From contig SMSO01000032.1 in the NCBI GenBank assembly GCA_004764695.1, forward strand, positions 7,658,483-7,722,482: a stretch of DNA of 64,000 bases, given 5' to 3'. Source of the DNA: Schizochytrium sp. TIO01 (taxonomy: Eukaryota; Protista; Bigyra: Labyrinthulomycetes). Below the pieces are notes generated by a model that did no database searches, was not told the origin of the DNA, and worked only from the letters and a program-made list of their open reading frames with translations. Below, piece after piece: positions 33,279-46,308 of the stretch. Position 1 is the first letter of the stretch; each line of letters begins with the position of its first letter. The translations under genes and the position numbers were made by a program.

Positions 33279-35456
33279 ACTTCTGTTTGGAAATCTGCAA
33301 TCATGGAAAGGCTTGTGGTAAGGATTTACTAACTCCAGAAGAGCTGCCGCAGAGATTCCACGAACAAGCACTCCCGTGGGGAACAGTAGAATGAATACTT
33401 GAGGTACCTTGGCTTCGATCGATAGACGAATGACCCATACAAACAAACAAACGAAGACTCTCCGACTGATCAGATGACCCTTCCACCACAGAAATGCTCC
33501 TCTCGAATCGGTGCGGAAGCCCAATAACAAACAACCTCTAGAGCGAGCGACTACGTACGTGGTGGTGGCGAGCAAAGGCTGGCGATTTGCTCAATTGAAT
33601 GATGCAGAGGAACAGAAGAACCACTTGAACGATAGAAACAACACGAGAGAGACAGCGAGACACGGGAACCCACGAGAAGCTGGGCTTATCGATCGATCGA
33701 TCGATTGATTGATTGATTGATTGCGATTTATCGATCGATTGCGAGGCAGGAGCCAGCCAGCCATCGGGCGGGCTTCTGGTGCAGGGAGGAACACCTTCAC
33801 TCACTCACTCACTCACTCACTCACTCAGCAGTTACGCATCAGTCTTTGGAGTGGCACGTGTAAGCTCGCCACCCGAGTCAACACATGGGTTTGGCAATCG
33901 ATATAATCGCCAATTCCAGAGTGGGAAATAGCTAGGTACAGTCAGTCAGTTAGTGCGTTACCTAGATTAGAGATGGGTGAGAAACAGAAGCGCAATATAT
34001 CTACAGAAGTAGGCTTTGACTGGTGAGAGCTGCGCCAAAGTAGATGCACGCCGGCAGAATAAGCCTGAATCGCACATTCTGCACATTCGCCCATCTGAAG
34101 CAATTACATCAAACTTCGTTTTCTCTGTTTGCAATTCAAGGTTGCACTGCTTCTCTCCCTCCCTTTTCTTTAAGGTCCTTTAACAAAAATAAATTTATAT
34201 GAAAATTGAAACATTCAATTTTATAAAACGACAAAGAGGGAGGGAAAGAACGCGAGCGAAGTAGCAATAGTAACTGCAACAGTAGTATTTGTAGTATGTG
34301 TCTGTCTGATAAGCCTCGATAACTAACTGCACGCTCTTGCTCGTTTGACTCTCTCTCTCTCTCTCTCTCAAAATATGTATATATACACATAAGGGCTCTG
34401 CCTTCTACTTTTCTGCCCGTATTTCTGTCTTTCGGTGTCTAACCATAGTGCTAATGCGAGGCCGCTTGAACTTCTTCGAGCTCGCAGGCAAATCATCCAC
34501 ATCTGCAGAGGGGTGGAGAGAGAGGTCTGAAGGTACCTCTAGAGTAGCTTAGCTGGCTATGGTAGTACCTCCTCAGAGGAGTCACCATCATAGATGATCC
34601 ATGATTTATCACCTAGCTTTCTTGGGGTGGGGTTCTTTCTTGGGGCTGCTCAGACCTGCTTTGAGACCTACTCTGCAGCATGAGTGCTCTTTGGCTACTA
34701 TATTGTGACCGTTTATCGGCCTATTTAAACATTGGATTGAATATTAGATTGATTGATTGATTGATGGATTGATTGATCGGCCGATCGGAATTCCTCATCT
34801 AAGAAGAGGTTTCTTTATATATGAATGATTACTTCTGTTTAAACTTCAAGCACTTGCTTTTTTTCTTTCTATTTTAAAAATTAATACTGCCTTATGTCCT
34901 GTACTATTTGTTTTACGGAACATAAAAACACATCATGGAGACACAAATCCTTGAAATAGATTAGTTTCAAACGTGATGATAAAAAGGTACGCAGGAAGTG
35001 AAGGAATGCTAAGTTCCTGTGTTTGCGACTTTCTGACTTTGAGTTCGCGCTAATAACTAGGGCTCCTGATAGTGAAAACGTTATGTCAGGGCTGCTCGGA
35101 CCTCACCGTCGTCACTACCACGCGCACTATTTGAAACGATAGGACCATCGCGGTAGTCTGCTGAGGGAAGAAGATCGACCTCCTTCGAACGAGGCGGCTG
35201 TGCGTGCGATACCGTGCAGGGCTGTGCTGATATCGTACTATCCGCACCGGTACTGCCGCAGCTTCGCCATGCGCTGTGCTGCGACGAGCGAGCGAGCTTT
35301 GCTTGCGAACCGCGCACAAGAACCACGAGAGCTCGCGCTCTGAGTGGGTTGGCGCAAGTTGCTGGCGCATCAACTGAAAGCAAGCCCCAATCGTCGCTCT
35401 GCTGGCACTATCCGCGCCGCAAAACACAGCGGTGGTTTTCGTCTCCTCCTCCTCCT

Positions 35457-35492
35457 TCTTCTTCTTCTTCTTCTTCTTCTTCTTCTTCTTCT
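35457..35492. repeat. (CTT)n microsatellite
   Basis: Read directly. Confidence 0.9.
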
Positions 35493-36780
35493 CCTCGAAA
35501 GCGATGGCTGCTTGCTGCGAGCTCTCCAAGGCTAGCGCTTCCCTTCCTTTCGCTGTGTGTTCGCCGGTTCTTCTTGCTTGCTATCTATCTGCTTGCTTGC
35601 TTACTTGCTTGCTATCTATCTATCTATCTATCTATCGTTGCTTGGGAGCAGAGAGGGGGTCGTACCTACGCAGGCCTGCCTGAGCCTAGAAGGGTTGAAA
35701 GGAGAAGTTTGTTTCGTCGAAAGGAAGAAAGAGAGGAGGAAGAAAGAGAGGAAGAAAGAGAGGAAGAAAGAGAGAGAAAGAAAGAAAGAAAGAAAGCAGG
35801 AAGGTTTTACTGCTTGGCGAAAGAGGCGAGACACTTCTCAGGGAGAGCAGGCCTAGGGTAAGCCGTACCTGGGCGGTAGGTAGACGATAGCAAGCTGAAG
35901 TGAGTGAGATCTCGCGGAGGATGAGAGAAAGACAGGTCCACCTCTACCCCCTTTCTCGGATAAGCACCCATGTAAAACGTGTAGCCTCGGACGGCGGAGG
36001 GGGGTATGATAATGGCTACCGCTGAGTCGCATGTTGTTTCTTTCAATTCAACACTCCTTTCTTTCTAATTTCGTTCAATTCATATATATGTTTTGTTTTG
36101 TTCTGTTTTTTAAATATAAATATATATTTTTTTAAGTTTAATTTAAATTCAAAATTGAATAACAATAAGAATAAAAATAGTCTGCTTAACCATCATAATT
36201 GGTTTTCTATAACAAATAGTGTTTTTGATTCATTTTCTACGGAGGCTACTGGAGAGACTAGATCGCCTCTGCCCATGCGGTCTCTCCTCCGCACTGCTCT
36301 ACTTGGAGAAGGCGCCTATCTTCGATACATCTCTCCAGCTAGCTAGAGCCACCTTCTGTCTAAACGTAGACAGAGGAGCGTCATCATACTCTGCGAACAA
36401 GAAAGAGGACAGTGGCGGAGACTAAGCGGGCACGGTCGATTACGAGCAAGAGGTAGTAAGTAGGTAGCTAGCGCTTTCCCTTTTATCTATCTCTAGAGCT
36501 GCTTGCTATCTATCTGCTAAGCGGCGTGCTCTTCCTTCCTTTCTGCTTCTTTGGTCCTTGGAGTTGCTGCGGCGGCACTTGTGAGTCGTTTGGGTTGAAA
36601 CAGGGACTCTGACTCGACTCGTCTCAGAGGGATCGCGAGGACTGCACAGAGGCGAAGCAGGCGAGGCTCTCTCTGCACAAGGTCAGGTGGGCAGCCCTCT
36701 GGGCGAGGAGTTAGGCGAAGAGCCATGCAATGGGTGCCATAAAGCACGAGAAGAAATGGATGGGGTGAGGGCTTTAATCT

Positions 36781-36832
36781 TCTTTTCTTTTCTTTTCTTT
36801 TCTTTTCTTTTCTTTTCTTTTCTTTTCTTTTC
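36781..36832. repeat. (TTTTC)n microsatellite
   Basis: Read directly. Confidence 0.9.
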
Positions 36833-37955
36833 TTCTATCCTTCTTTCCTTTTTTCTTTCTTTTATCGCCCGTTTATTTGTTTATTATTTGTTTGTTTATT
36901 TCTCTCGAACTGTAAGCGTGTAGAGACTCGCATTGAGCCGGGTTAATTAATAATTACAAACTACTAGGTCTACTAATTGTACTTTTTCTTTTAGAAATGA
37001 TGTTGTTTACTGATATTTATATTTTGAGAAAATAATTTAAAAAATTAATGAAATGAAAAGAAATAAGTTCATATTGTTTTCTATTTCTATTCATAAATGA
37101 TAAAGTATCTGAAGAAGGGTCCGAAGGAGGCAGACTCTTCGACATGTCTTATCTTCTACAATACTCTAGAGATAGATAGATAGATAGATAGCTGCCATCA
37201 TGTTGGAATGAGAAAAGATCCAATTGATTGAGGTCTTGCCAGTTGTTATAATAGTGGGGATACCAATAGTTTGCTTCATAGTTTGATACCCGGCATTATA
37301 TAGCTTCTTGAGAGGCAACGCCGTGCCTTAAACCTTATCGACTAAACTGTCTCATTGAAGCGCAGTGCTCAAACAGGGAATATAGCCATCATCTTTTAAA
37401 CGACATCCATCATCGATCAATCAGAATAGCAATGTTTTTTTAGGTTTAGTCCCTATATAAAGTTGGTTGGTTGTTTTGGACATATTACAAGAGTCAGTCC
37501 ACGACGATGTGTTTCCCATCTGATTTAACCTGAGAAATGAAAGCTCCGCCATCGCCCAATTCGTCTGCGTTTACAGCAGCTGAGAACCTTCCATAGGTAC
37601 GACCAATCTGCTTTGCGAAGAAGGTCTTCTAAACCTGGTGTCCGTCCTTGCCTGACTTAAGTCTCCCTGGAATGGCTTGCGCTCTCAGGGGTGCGAGTGC
37701 GCTGTTGCTCGTGCCAGCTATTCGTGATCCAGGTACCTCACCTCTGTGTCTTCTGCAGTGACTTTACAATTTGGAGCACCTGCTTTAGACTGTACCTGTG
37801 CTGTGTGTCAAAGCTCATGGGGACAGCAAGCAAACACAAGTGCGCTAGGCTGCCTCGGCGCAGGCCTTCATGGAGGCGTCGTCGCCTAGGAATTCGAAGG
37901 GGGTCGGCCCCATCCAATCGATCAGACGAGATCAACCAACACCAATTGATTTTAT

Positions 37956-38107
<152 letters not shown>

Positions 38108-38614
38108 TGATTCCTGTGGGAGCTATGCTATTGAAAGTTACAGTGCGCAGATGCTGCTCCATGAAAAGCCACGCAAGATGGGACCTGATACCCGTGATTG
38201 ATACAGAAGAAGAGTGCGATAGGCTGTGCTCTATCTATTATGGCGAAAGAAGAAAAACAAAGAGAAGACGCCACAGGAGTGTCCGGGTATTTTGTCGATA
38301 ATAGTAAACACTGTGAGGGAGCATTTATCTTTGGAGTTTATAGTTTGATGTTGAGTTCAACCTTGAGTTCAACCCCGATATTTCAGGCTGCTTCCACCTC
38401 AAGTTCAACCTCAAGTTTAATTCCTTTACTGCCCCACCATTGCCACAGAGTTTTAAAACGAGAGATCAATTTGGCAGAACGGTCTCATTGGACAGAGATC
38501 ACAAGTTTGATCCTTGAATCAAATCACACTTATCACAATTACAGTTGTCACAATACGACAACAAACTCCTGAGCTGCCGCCTTTGGTTGCGAGCTCCATG
38601 CTGAAGAAATGGGC

Positions 38615-38730
38615 AATCAATACATCAATCAATCAATCAATACATCAATCAATCAATACATCAATCAATTAATCAATACATCAATCAATCAATACATTAA
38701 TCAATCAATACATCAATCAATTAATCAATC
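38615..38730. repeat. Compound AATC / AATACATC repeat
   Basis: AATACAT(C/T) recurs about 6 times among AATC units. Confidence 0.85.
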
Positions 38731-41700
38731 CACCAGTGTGACTGTGATCGAAGAATTCACGAATACTTTCGCCGAATTGTGACTAGGTATGCATACCTTC
38801 GACCTATAGAAGATGGAAGCAGGCGGAGGCAGGAGAGAGGATGTATGACGGGCAAAAGGAAAGAGTCACCTCTCCTTCCTGGTGGAAAGTGCATGTCAGT
38901 CAGTCAGTCAGCCAGTTCCTCCACTAATGGTAGTCAAGATCTTTACCACTTCATTAACCATCTTCTATGCCTTATTATCCTTCTTCTGCTCATAGAATTA
39001 TATAAGGTATAGGCCTATGTCATAGTTATTTTATTTATTACCAAAAAACATTTTTTTATAATGCTTATATATAAAAGGAAAAGATCATCAAGGATGGGTG
39101 AGATCAGACCTACTGGTACCTACTTGCTTGCTATCCGTCTTCTACCTAAATGAGGGAGATGGATGATTTAAAATTTAGTTTAGGCTCGAAGAAAACAGAA
39201 CTGTACCCCTGATTGGACACTAGGAACGAGATGAATGCAGTTTACAATCCATCATCATACCATTATCATCATTGCTAGCTAGGTAGGCAGGTACCTATGT
39301 CTGCACAGGATCCTCGATTTCCCTTTTTGGTTTCCTTCTAATTATTAGGGTCCAAGAGGAGCAGTATATATATACATAGCAAAGGTAGTAGGGAGAACAA
39401 GTGCACCGCTGCTGGGAAATAACTTTATTTATTACCAATGGTAGCTACTAACAACGCATAGGTGTTGCCTAATCGCGTTTCTCTGGTAGATAAGATATAT
39501 GAAATGTAATTCTTCTTCATTATATTTAAACTTCATTTAATTTAACTTTAAAATTGTTTTTTCGTTGTAATCTTTTTTCGCTCCATGATGATGCAAATCG
39601 TCAAGTTAAAGAAGTGAGAACTCAGGATGAAGAATAATACCTAGGCAAACAGGCAGTGGATCAGTGTCGGGGCGGGTCGACCTCACATTGTTTACATTTC
39701 AGTATAGGTTCTGGCGTACCTCTAGAGGTAACCTACTATTGATTGTTTTGTCTGTCTGTCTGTCTTAAGTTTCTACCAAAGTAGCTAAAATTTTAACTTA
39801 TTCCTTCTGACCAGTGAGAGTGGTTTGTCAAAGAAAGAGGTTTCTCTATACGTCAATATCATACCTAGCTAGGTAGGCAGGTAGATACGTAGGTAGGTAT
39901 TATGTAGTAACTAACTAAAACACATTGCGATCTTTTTAGCATTGTGGGAACAAGGGAAGAGGAAGAAACACACAAGGAAAACTAAATCCGACACTGCTGC
40001 CTTCCAGGACTCCTTCAGCTAGCCGGTGCTGGCTTGGATTTCCTCCTTGCCTACCGAGGTATTGCAGTGTAATGTATTGATGATTTTGACTTCCTTCTAG
40101 CTCAAGTTTGGCTATGATGGGTCTTGCCATCGCTCCTTAGTACTACGTACATCCTTACAAGCAATCAGAAGCAACTAGTGCAATCAATATCTTCGAGGTA
40201 GCATCAACTCTGAATATAGTATTAGAGACTATGCGAAAGCCATATTCATTTGCTACTCTAAAGAGGTAATCACTTACCTTGGGAAGGAGAGACCCAGGTC
40301 AAAGCGTAGGGATAATTGACTGTGATTTTGCATCATCAATCTAGTAGATAGGTCTAGGAAATTGACACAGAGCATTGGCAGCCTAACCTACAAGGAGCTC
40401 ACACTCTTTCGGCAGGTAGCTAGTTGTTGTGATCGCTATATCATATAACTTGAAGATGCTGATGTCAGCTATGCGACAGGTGTGAAGGATGTGATGATGA
40501 TCTTTTGTGAAACTGGCTCGAACGCAATAAGTATCTACCTACAAGTTTATCATTATTCTCTAAACTTTGATATTTTTCTGACACATGGCTTACAGAAGCC
40601 AAGGAGTGGCAGTCAAGACCAAACAAAGGAGGCTGGTTGCCTAGTTATCTCTAGAGCTTCATTGAGAGTTTGAAGCAGAAATCACAAGCCCTCCATAACT
40701 GGTACTAGGAAGGACTGTTTTGAGGTTAGTTCATTTTAGTACACTGCATTCCAGTTGAAAAAAGACGATAGCGAACGCAGACAGTTGTGGCCAGCTTTGG
40801 CCTGTATCTTAGAGCAGTACTATTTACAATTGTCCTTCGTAACTTGCGCGTAGTTTTCGTAATGGAAGTACCATTTCGATCTCGATGAAAAGATGGGCAA
40901 CATTTGACGTAAAGCAAATTCATATACTAAGAACATCGCTTAAACAGGGAAAACTTTCAAAAGTATCACTCCTGTAAATGTTAAAAGTTAAAAAGCTACT
41001 GACACGGCAGTCATCTTAGGGTCGGTATGTCCAGTATAAATCGTATGACACACTAAAACTCTAGTTCAAACCTTTGAGATATTGCCTTGTAGACTTGCTT
41101 ATGGATTTAGACCCAGCATAAGCGATTAGGATCTCATGTAGAGGCTCAATAACTGGATGAAATGTCAGCCAGCTTTTTATCTAGTTACTATGGACGAGTC
41201 TCACACAAACTTTTCTAATTTGGATATTCACCAACAAGGATCCTTACGGTACTTCACAGCAGGTCTTAATGTTGTTGGCTTTAAAAAGGATCAGCAAGGA
41301 CAGATGCATCTAACGTCGAGTATTCATCCACTTACAAGTTATTTGAATTTGAGGCGACCAAGTACTTACGATCGTGAATCAACTAGACAATACTCACAAA
41401 GTAAGATGCTCTTGTTTATCTTATTTCTCAAATTCCAGCCAAAGTGAACTCTGAAGTCGACAAAATATTGACGAGATTCCTGAAATAAAATGCGAGAATC
41501 TAGAATCTGCATCGAGGTTTTAATTACTTGTCCTGCATCTACAGTCGCGTCGACCTCTACCTGGAAAGAAACCATTATGCTATTAGCATTTTATAAACTG
41601 CAATTAAATAAGTGATCATCAAAAAAATATCGAGAGTTCACAAGAGGCCAAGCAAGCTAAACGTTGTCTGTCACAGGATCCAATTTCGATGCTAGCATTG

Positions 41701-42158
41701 TTGTCATCCCATTTCTGAAATCTTGGCAAAACTATCTTTTGAAATCGAATGAGCCACATTTGTCCGTCCAATCCGTCTCTAGCGCGCATAGACAGACCAA
41801 GGAAAGCAAGAGTTAAGTGAGGTTTGCTTTTTCTTATTTTGCAATATACCATGCAAACTTCACGTACGGAAAACTCTTTCAAATGTGACCAAGTGGAGCA
41901 TGAGATATTCATTTATTCAAACGCTTTCATTCTGCCGAACGAATGTCTCCTTTGATTTCAATGAAGAAAGTTGTTGTCTTCAAAAATGCGCTTTCAAAGA
42001 AATCGGAAAAAAGTCTCCTAACTTTTCTCCCTTTAAGCATCTACAAAACTTGGTTGTAGCCAATTGTAAAACGATCCCATACTATTTAATCTTTAATTAG
42101 CTTGTTCAGGTTATAGAGAGGCGCAAAATCAGACGTGTATCCGGAAGACGAGACACCT

Positions 42159-42720
42159 TTAATCAAGAAGCGGGTCATACCCTGTATATGCAGAAGAAGA
42201 CCCTTCATCTTCTCCCCTCTCTCCCGGAGCTATGAAGTTCAAGGACTGAAATTTACTACAAGTGCGTTCTTCGAATCGACTTAAAGTCTCCCGACTTTTG
42301 TTTTGGTTTCTCGGAAGCAAGCACAGGTATTCTTTTTCCGTCGAAGCCAAATACTAGTCTCCCTACAAGGTTGATGATAGCGCAACTTGCTGTTTGATCT
42401 CATTCATGAAAGTAAAATGAAAATCGCGAAGAAGCAGTTCTGGGAGAACGAAAGCTACGGCATGGGAGTTCGCAGGCTGCTCGTCGATATATTTCTTGAA
42501 TGATATTACGAGAGTGGTTGTGGATTCCCTTTTCATCGCATCCTTCTTGGTGTAGATATCGGAAGTTAACAAGACAAGGGGGCGGGGGCTTTCGAGGACA
42601 TATAAAGCATCATCATCATCATCTAACTACTCCTCATACAGAATCAACACTTCAACTTTGGAATCTTGAGGTACCGAATAGTAAACACATCGCTCTCAGC
42701 GAAATACATCAATTTTTCCA
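42159..42720 (-). pseudogene. Decayed protein-coding sequence, possibly part of a larger relic (~41.4-43.6 kb)
   Basis: About 187 codons in one frame with 4 internal stops; ORFs 42363..42572 and 42159..42350 are in frame. Composition is protein-like (DDDDALYVLESPRPLVLLTSDIY), and further protein-like frames occur on both sides. Confidence 0.4.
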
Positions 42721-44067
42721 AAATGAAGATATTACAAATGTTGCAGGTATCCCTTTTCAGTCACTTTTTTCCTCCAACCGAAGCATTTTATTTAGCATCA
42801 GGCGCCCTAACAAGTCCTTCGAAGATGAAGGTAGCACTTCCAGAATCTCAGAGGGCCAAGGGTTGTCTAGTGCGTAAACCCGAACTCCTTTCGGTTTTTG
42901 CAGCATTTGGACGGTTCAAAGAGAAGCCTTTTATTTTGCTCATGGCGGCTTTCCGTATAATCTTCTTCGTCCTTCTCATCGCACATCGAAACTTTGAGGG
43001 TTCTTGCAATAGATCAGAGATGGGAGATTAACTAGATTTTGAACAGAAGTAGGCTAGTGAGATGTCATATCTCTGGCAAACTAATGAACAGTTTGACACA
43101 CCACTTTTGCAAGATGTTTCTGGTCGACTATTGATTGAAAGCTAGATGTTTTGGGAAAGCTTTATTAAGACTTGATAGATACAGGCTTTTAAAAATGTGT
43201 GAACTTCTGTTCTCCGAATTTCATTCCACGGCAAACTGATTCATGATGTAATCAGGAGACATAGAGTTACTTGAATCTGTGCAAGTCATAATTGACGAGA
43301 TTGAGTTAACTCATGTCTGAAATCATCAATTCAGATTTCGCAATACTTGATTCTAGCGAGCGTGGATATATCCTTTTGGTTCATACCTCAGCAGTACGCA
43401 AGTATGGTTGTCTAGTTCTGTTCTTCTATGGAAGTCCCAAATTCTTGGCGTCTTACAATTGAACGCGGAGATGTTAATTTCACTAGTTTCTTCGATTGGC
43501 GATCTCAGCAAACCCTTGATATGCTTTTACGACTAGTGTTTAAACAGTATCATTATAAGAGAGTTCCAAACTGGTGATTGCTAGAGCAAGTTAAATGGAC
43601 TTGACATAGAAGCACTTTTAAAATTTGCCAAAGCAAAAACGATTTTTTTAATCTACCATGGTGTGATATTAGCTAAACATGAACAAGTCAAATGAGCGCG
43701 CAGCAGGGAAAGAGAACTAGATGAGTACCATGTCTTCACTAGTGTCTGGGTCGAAATTCCATTGTTGGAGCTTTGATACACTGTCTAGTGTCTATACAAG
43801 ATTATGGGGATTTTAAATAGCCTACGTCCCTCCATAAAAAACTGTTTCCAAGAGAGTTATACATTTGGCGTTGAAGAGGCGTTAAAACCCATACTGGACT
43901 TTGAAACTAAGTGCTTGGGTTATTGTATAAAATACGTGACATTGATAAGAATTTAATCAGAATGTTGACACCAGCACTTTTGAGATTTAGTGTTCAAGTT
44001 ATCTTCATCTGTAAGGCTAATCGCTAATTGAGCAACTTTCAAATATATTCTATTTTACATCACATGG

Positions 44068-46308
44068 CTAAACATCTAACCAAGGTTCGAGTTCAGGAAA
44101 TATATCAGGGGTTTTGATTGGATGCTGCAAATAATAAGTTGGTGTACTCGGTTTCTTTGAGAGTTCACTTTTGTACATCGAATACTCACGATTGCTAAAA
44201 GATGCGCCTATCGGGCTTACAAGCCCATGCAATTGAAGAGGTGAAAACTTGCATGCTGGTTTGTGACGTTCGCAGGTCTCAAAGTAGAAAATCTCATCGA
44301 TAGACCAATTCATCGGTACAAATGCTGACTCAAGGGACCAATGCATCATTCGTTTGGATAGTCGAATGCCCCCTGCGAGAATCCGACCTAGTCGTCGTTT
44401 GGGTTCCCAATATTGTGCTACAGATTTCCACATATTGACATCAGTATTTTTGGCTTCCCTCGCAACAATGGCAGCAGGACTGCTTCCGAAGGTCCACGCG
44501 GGTGCAATTAGGTCTGCGTCATCATGAGAGACTCCATCAATAAGTCGTGAAATGGGACCTGTGAACACCACATCATAATCGAGAATCCAGGCATTCTCTA
44601 TGTCTGGTCTAGTATGCATGAGATGTTGCATGATGACTGCTGTGGAAGCAAATGTGTGAAACCACATAAGGCGATCAACATTTCGGTTGTCCGGGTTGAA
44701 CACAGGATCTGTGACATTGGTAATCCTTTTGCACAGCAGTGGGTCAAAGTGTCTTAGACATGACTTCGCAAAACCATTAGGGGAGTCAAAAGGAATAAGA
44801 TTGTCCACAATACCACGATTATCAAGCTGGATAAGCTCATAGCCTACAGATGTGTTCCGTGCATACTCATCGAGAAAAGAATTGTACACTTTCTTTTCCA
44901 AAGTGTTTTGAACAGCAGCTATGACCTCGCCACCTTCTTCATAGATATCTTTAGCCCATGCATGTAGTGTCTTGTTTACACGCGCATTAAAAAGGTGGGT
45001 TTTCATAACAATAACTTGGCCGGCAAATCGGCCCTTACGTTGGTGAGTGCGAGGTGGTCGTGGTCGGTGATCTATTATTTGTTTTCGTGCTAGTTTGGAC
45101 ATCTGATCTACTTGAAAGGCTTTGGCGCATGCTTTTGCATCACTTTCTTCGAGCGCGCGATATGTCGATAAAGACTGCGCACCTGTTTTCTCTAGCTCAG
45201 CATCTTTGCGCCATGCAAATTCAATTGGCAATGCATATTGTGCTTGAGCAATGCCCCCGCGAAGTACCTCCTTAACAGGCACAACCTCAGCAACAGACGA
45301 AAGCTTGCAATGTTTGTTGTTCTGCAACGTACCACTCATAATAAATGTTGTGCACTCATCAAGCGATTTGGGATGAAACCGGGCAACTTCTGGCTGTGCA
45401 AAAGCATCGCGCTCAGATGAAGTTTTGTGTGGGGATATAAACATGCCTAAAACGGGAGCCATCCGAGGGTCGTTCGCCCAGTCCACAAGAGGTGTACTGA
45501 GATTAACTAGCTTATTAATATCAACTGCTGGATTCTTGACTGTAACAAGTCTTGAAGGGATCCCAAGCCGGCGGCCGCGCGCATGGTTTGTTGCAGGTTG
45601 TAACAAACCATTTACATGATCCATGAATGGGCCGTCTAGTTTGGACCAGCGTTTGACATTCCAGGACTCACGCCACATGCAGCTTTCATTTTTCATTATA
45701 TTCCAAATATCACAAAGCGTGATGCCTTCCCTTATGCGAGTACCAGGACGCAGATAAAGAACACGATCATACCTTGATAAAGATCTAATGGCTTTCATCT
45801 CGTTGCCTCCATCTACAATTTCGATACGGATACCCATACGAATTAAGTGTCTCATTTCTTGAACTAGGAGTCCACCGCTTGTCACCACAACCACCTCCGC
45901 AAGCTTCAGCCCTGCAGCTGCATTCATTTCGTCAACTTGTTGGGCAAGAGCATGCGCATGTAAAAGCTGTAGACGCATCAGCATCGGACGCGTCACAGAT
46001 GCACCATCTCGTAAGGACTCCATGGTCGCCTCCTCTTCATCATTGATGTCACGAAATATTGTGGTTACTGCTAGTCGGGGTAGACCATCTGCTGGTGCAG
46101 TGAAGCATGTTTGTGCGTTTGATTGCACATAGTCAGGGTTGGGCGTCATGAAATAATGTGATTTTGTAGTGTCGTTGTCTATGAAACTAGGCTGCCATAA
46201 GATTACAAACATCATTAAAGCAGTAAAGAAGAGCAGCAATACTCCTCGCATAACTGTTTTCTGTGTTATGATAGAAGACGCATTCTGCGTCTTGTAGCTA
46301 TTGTGCAT
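44068..46308 (-). CDS. Type II membrane protein, putative glycosyltransferase (two GT-A-like regions)
   Basis: 746 aa with an N-terminal signal-anchor (VLLLFFTALMMFVILW), a GT8-like segment (EVVVVT...YDRVLYL) and a C-terminal AWILDYDVVFTG containing DxD. Confidence 0.6.
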   Translation of the reverse strand: MHNSYKTQNASSIITQKTVMRGVLLLFFTALMMFVILWQPSFIDNDTTKSHYFMTPNPDYVQSNAQTCFTAPADGLPRLAVTTIFRDINDEEEATMESLRDGASVTRPMLMRLQLLHAHALAQQVDEMNAAAGLKLAEVVVVTSGGLLVQEMRHLIRMGIRIEIVDGGNEMKAIRSLSRYDRVLYLRPGTRIREGITLCDIWNIMKNESCMWRESWNVKRWSKLDGPFMDHVNGLLQPATNHARGRRLGIPSRLVTVKNPAVDINKLVNLSTPLVDWANDPRMAPVLGMFISPHKTSSERDAFAQPEVARFHPKSLDECTTFIMSGTLQNNKHCKLSSVAEVVPVKEVLRGGIAQAQYALPIEFAWRKDAELEKTGAQSLSTYRALEESDAKACAKAFQVDQMSKLARKQIIDHRPRPPRTHQRKGRFAGQVIVMKTHLFNARVNKTLHAWAKDIYEEGGEVIAAVQNTLEKKVYNSFLDEYARNTSVGYELIQLDNRGIVDNLIPFDSPNGFAKSCLRHFDPLLCKRITNVTDPVFNPDNRNVDRLMWFHTFASTAVIMQHLMHTRPDIENAWILDYDVVFTGPISRLIDGVSHDDADLIAPAWTFGSSPAAIVAREAKNTDVNMWKSVAQYWEPKRRLGRILAGGIRLSKRMMHWSLESAFVPMNWSIDEIFYFETCERHKPACKFSPLQLHGLVSPIGASFSNREYSMYKSELSKKPSTPTYYLQHPIKTPDIFPELEPWLDV

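Noticed and set aside
35081-35861. Overlapping 100-215 aa ORFs in a GC-rich island
   Set aside because: Low-complexity, SSR-driven, mostly non-ATG starts, and no recognisable domain.
38615-38730. Possible CRISPR-like repeat-spacer array
   Set aside because: No unique spacers; it is a compound microsatellite in a eukaryotic context with no cas genes.
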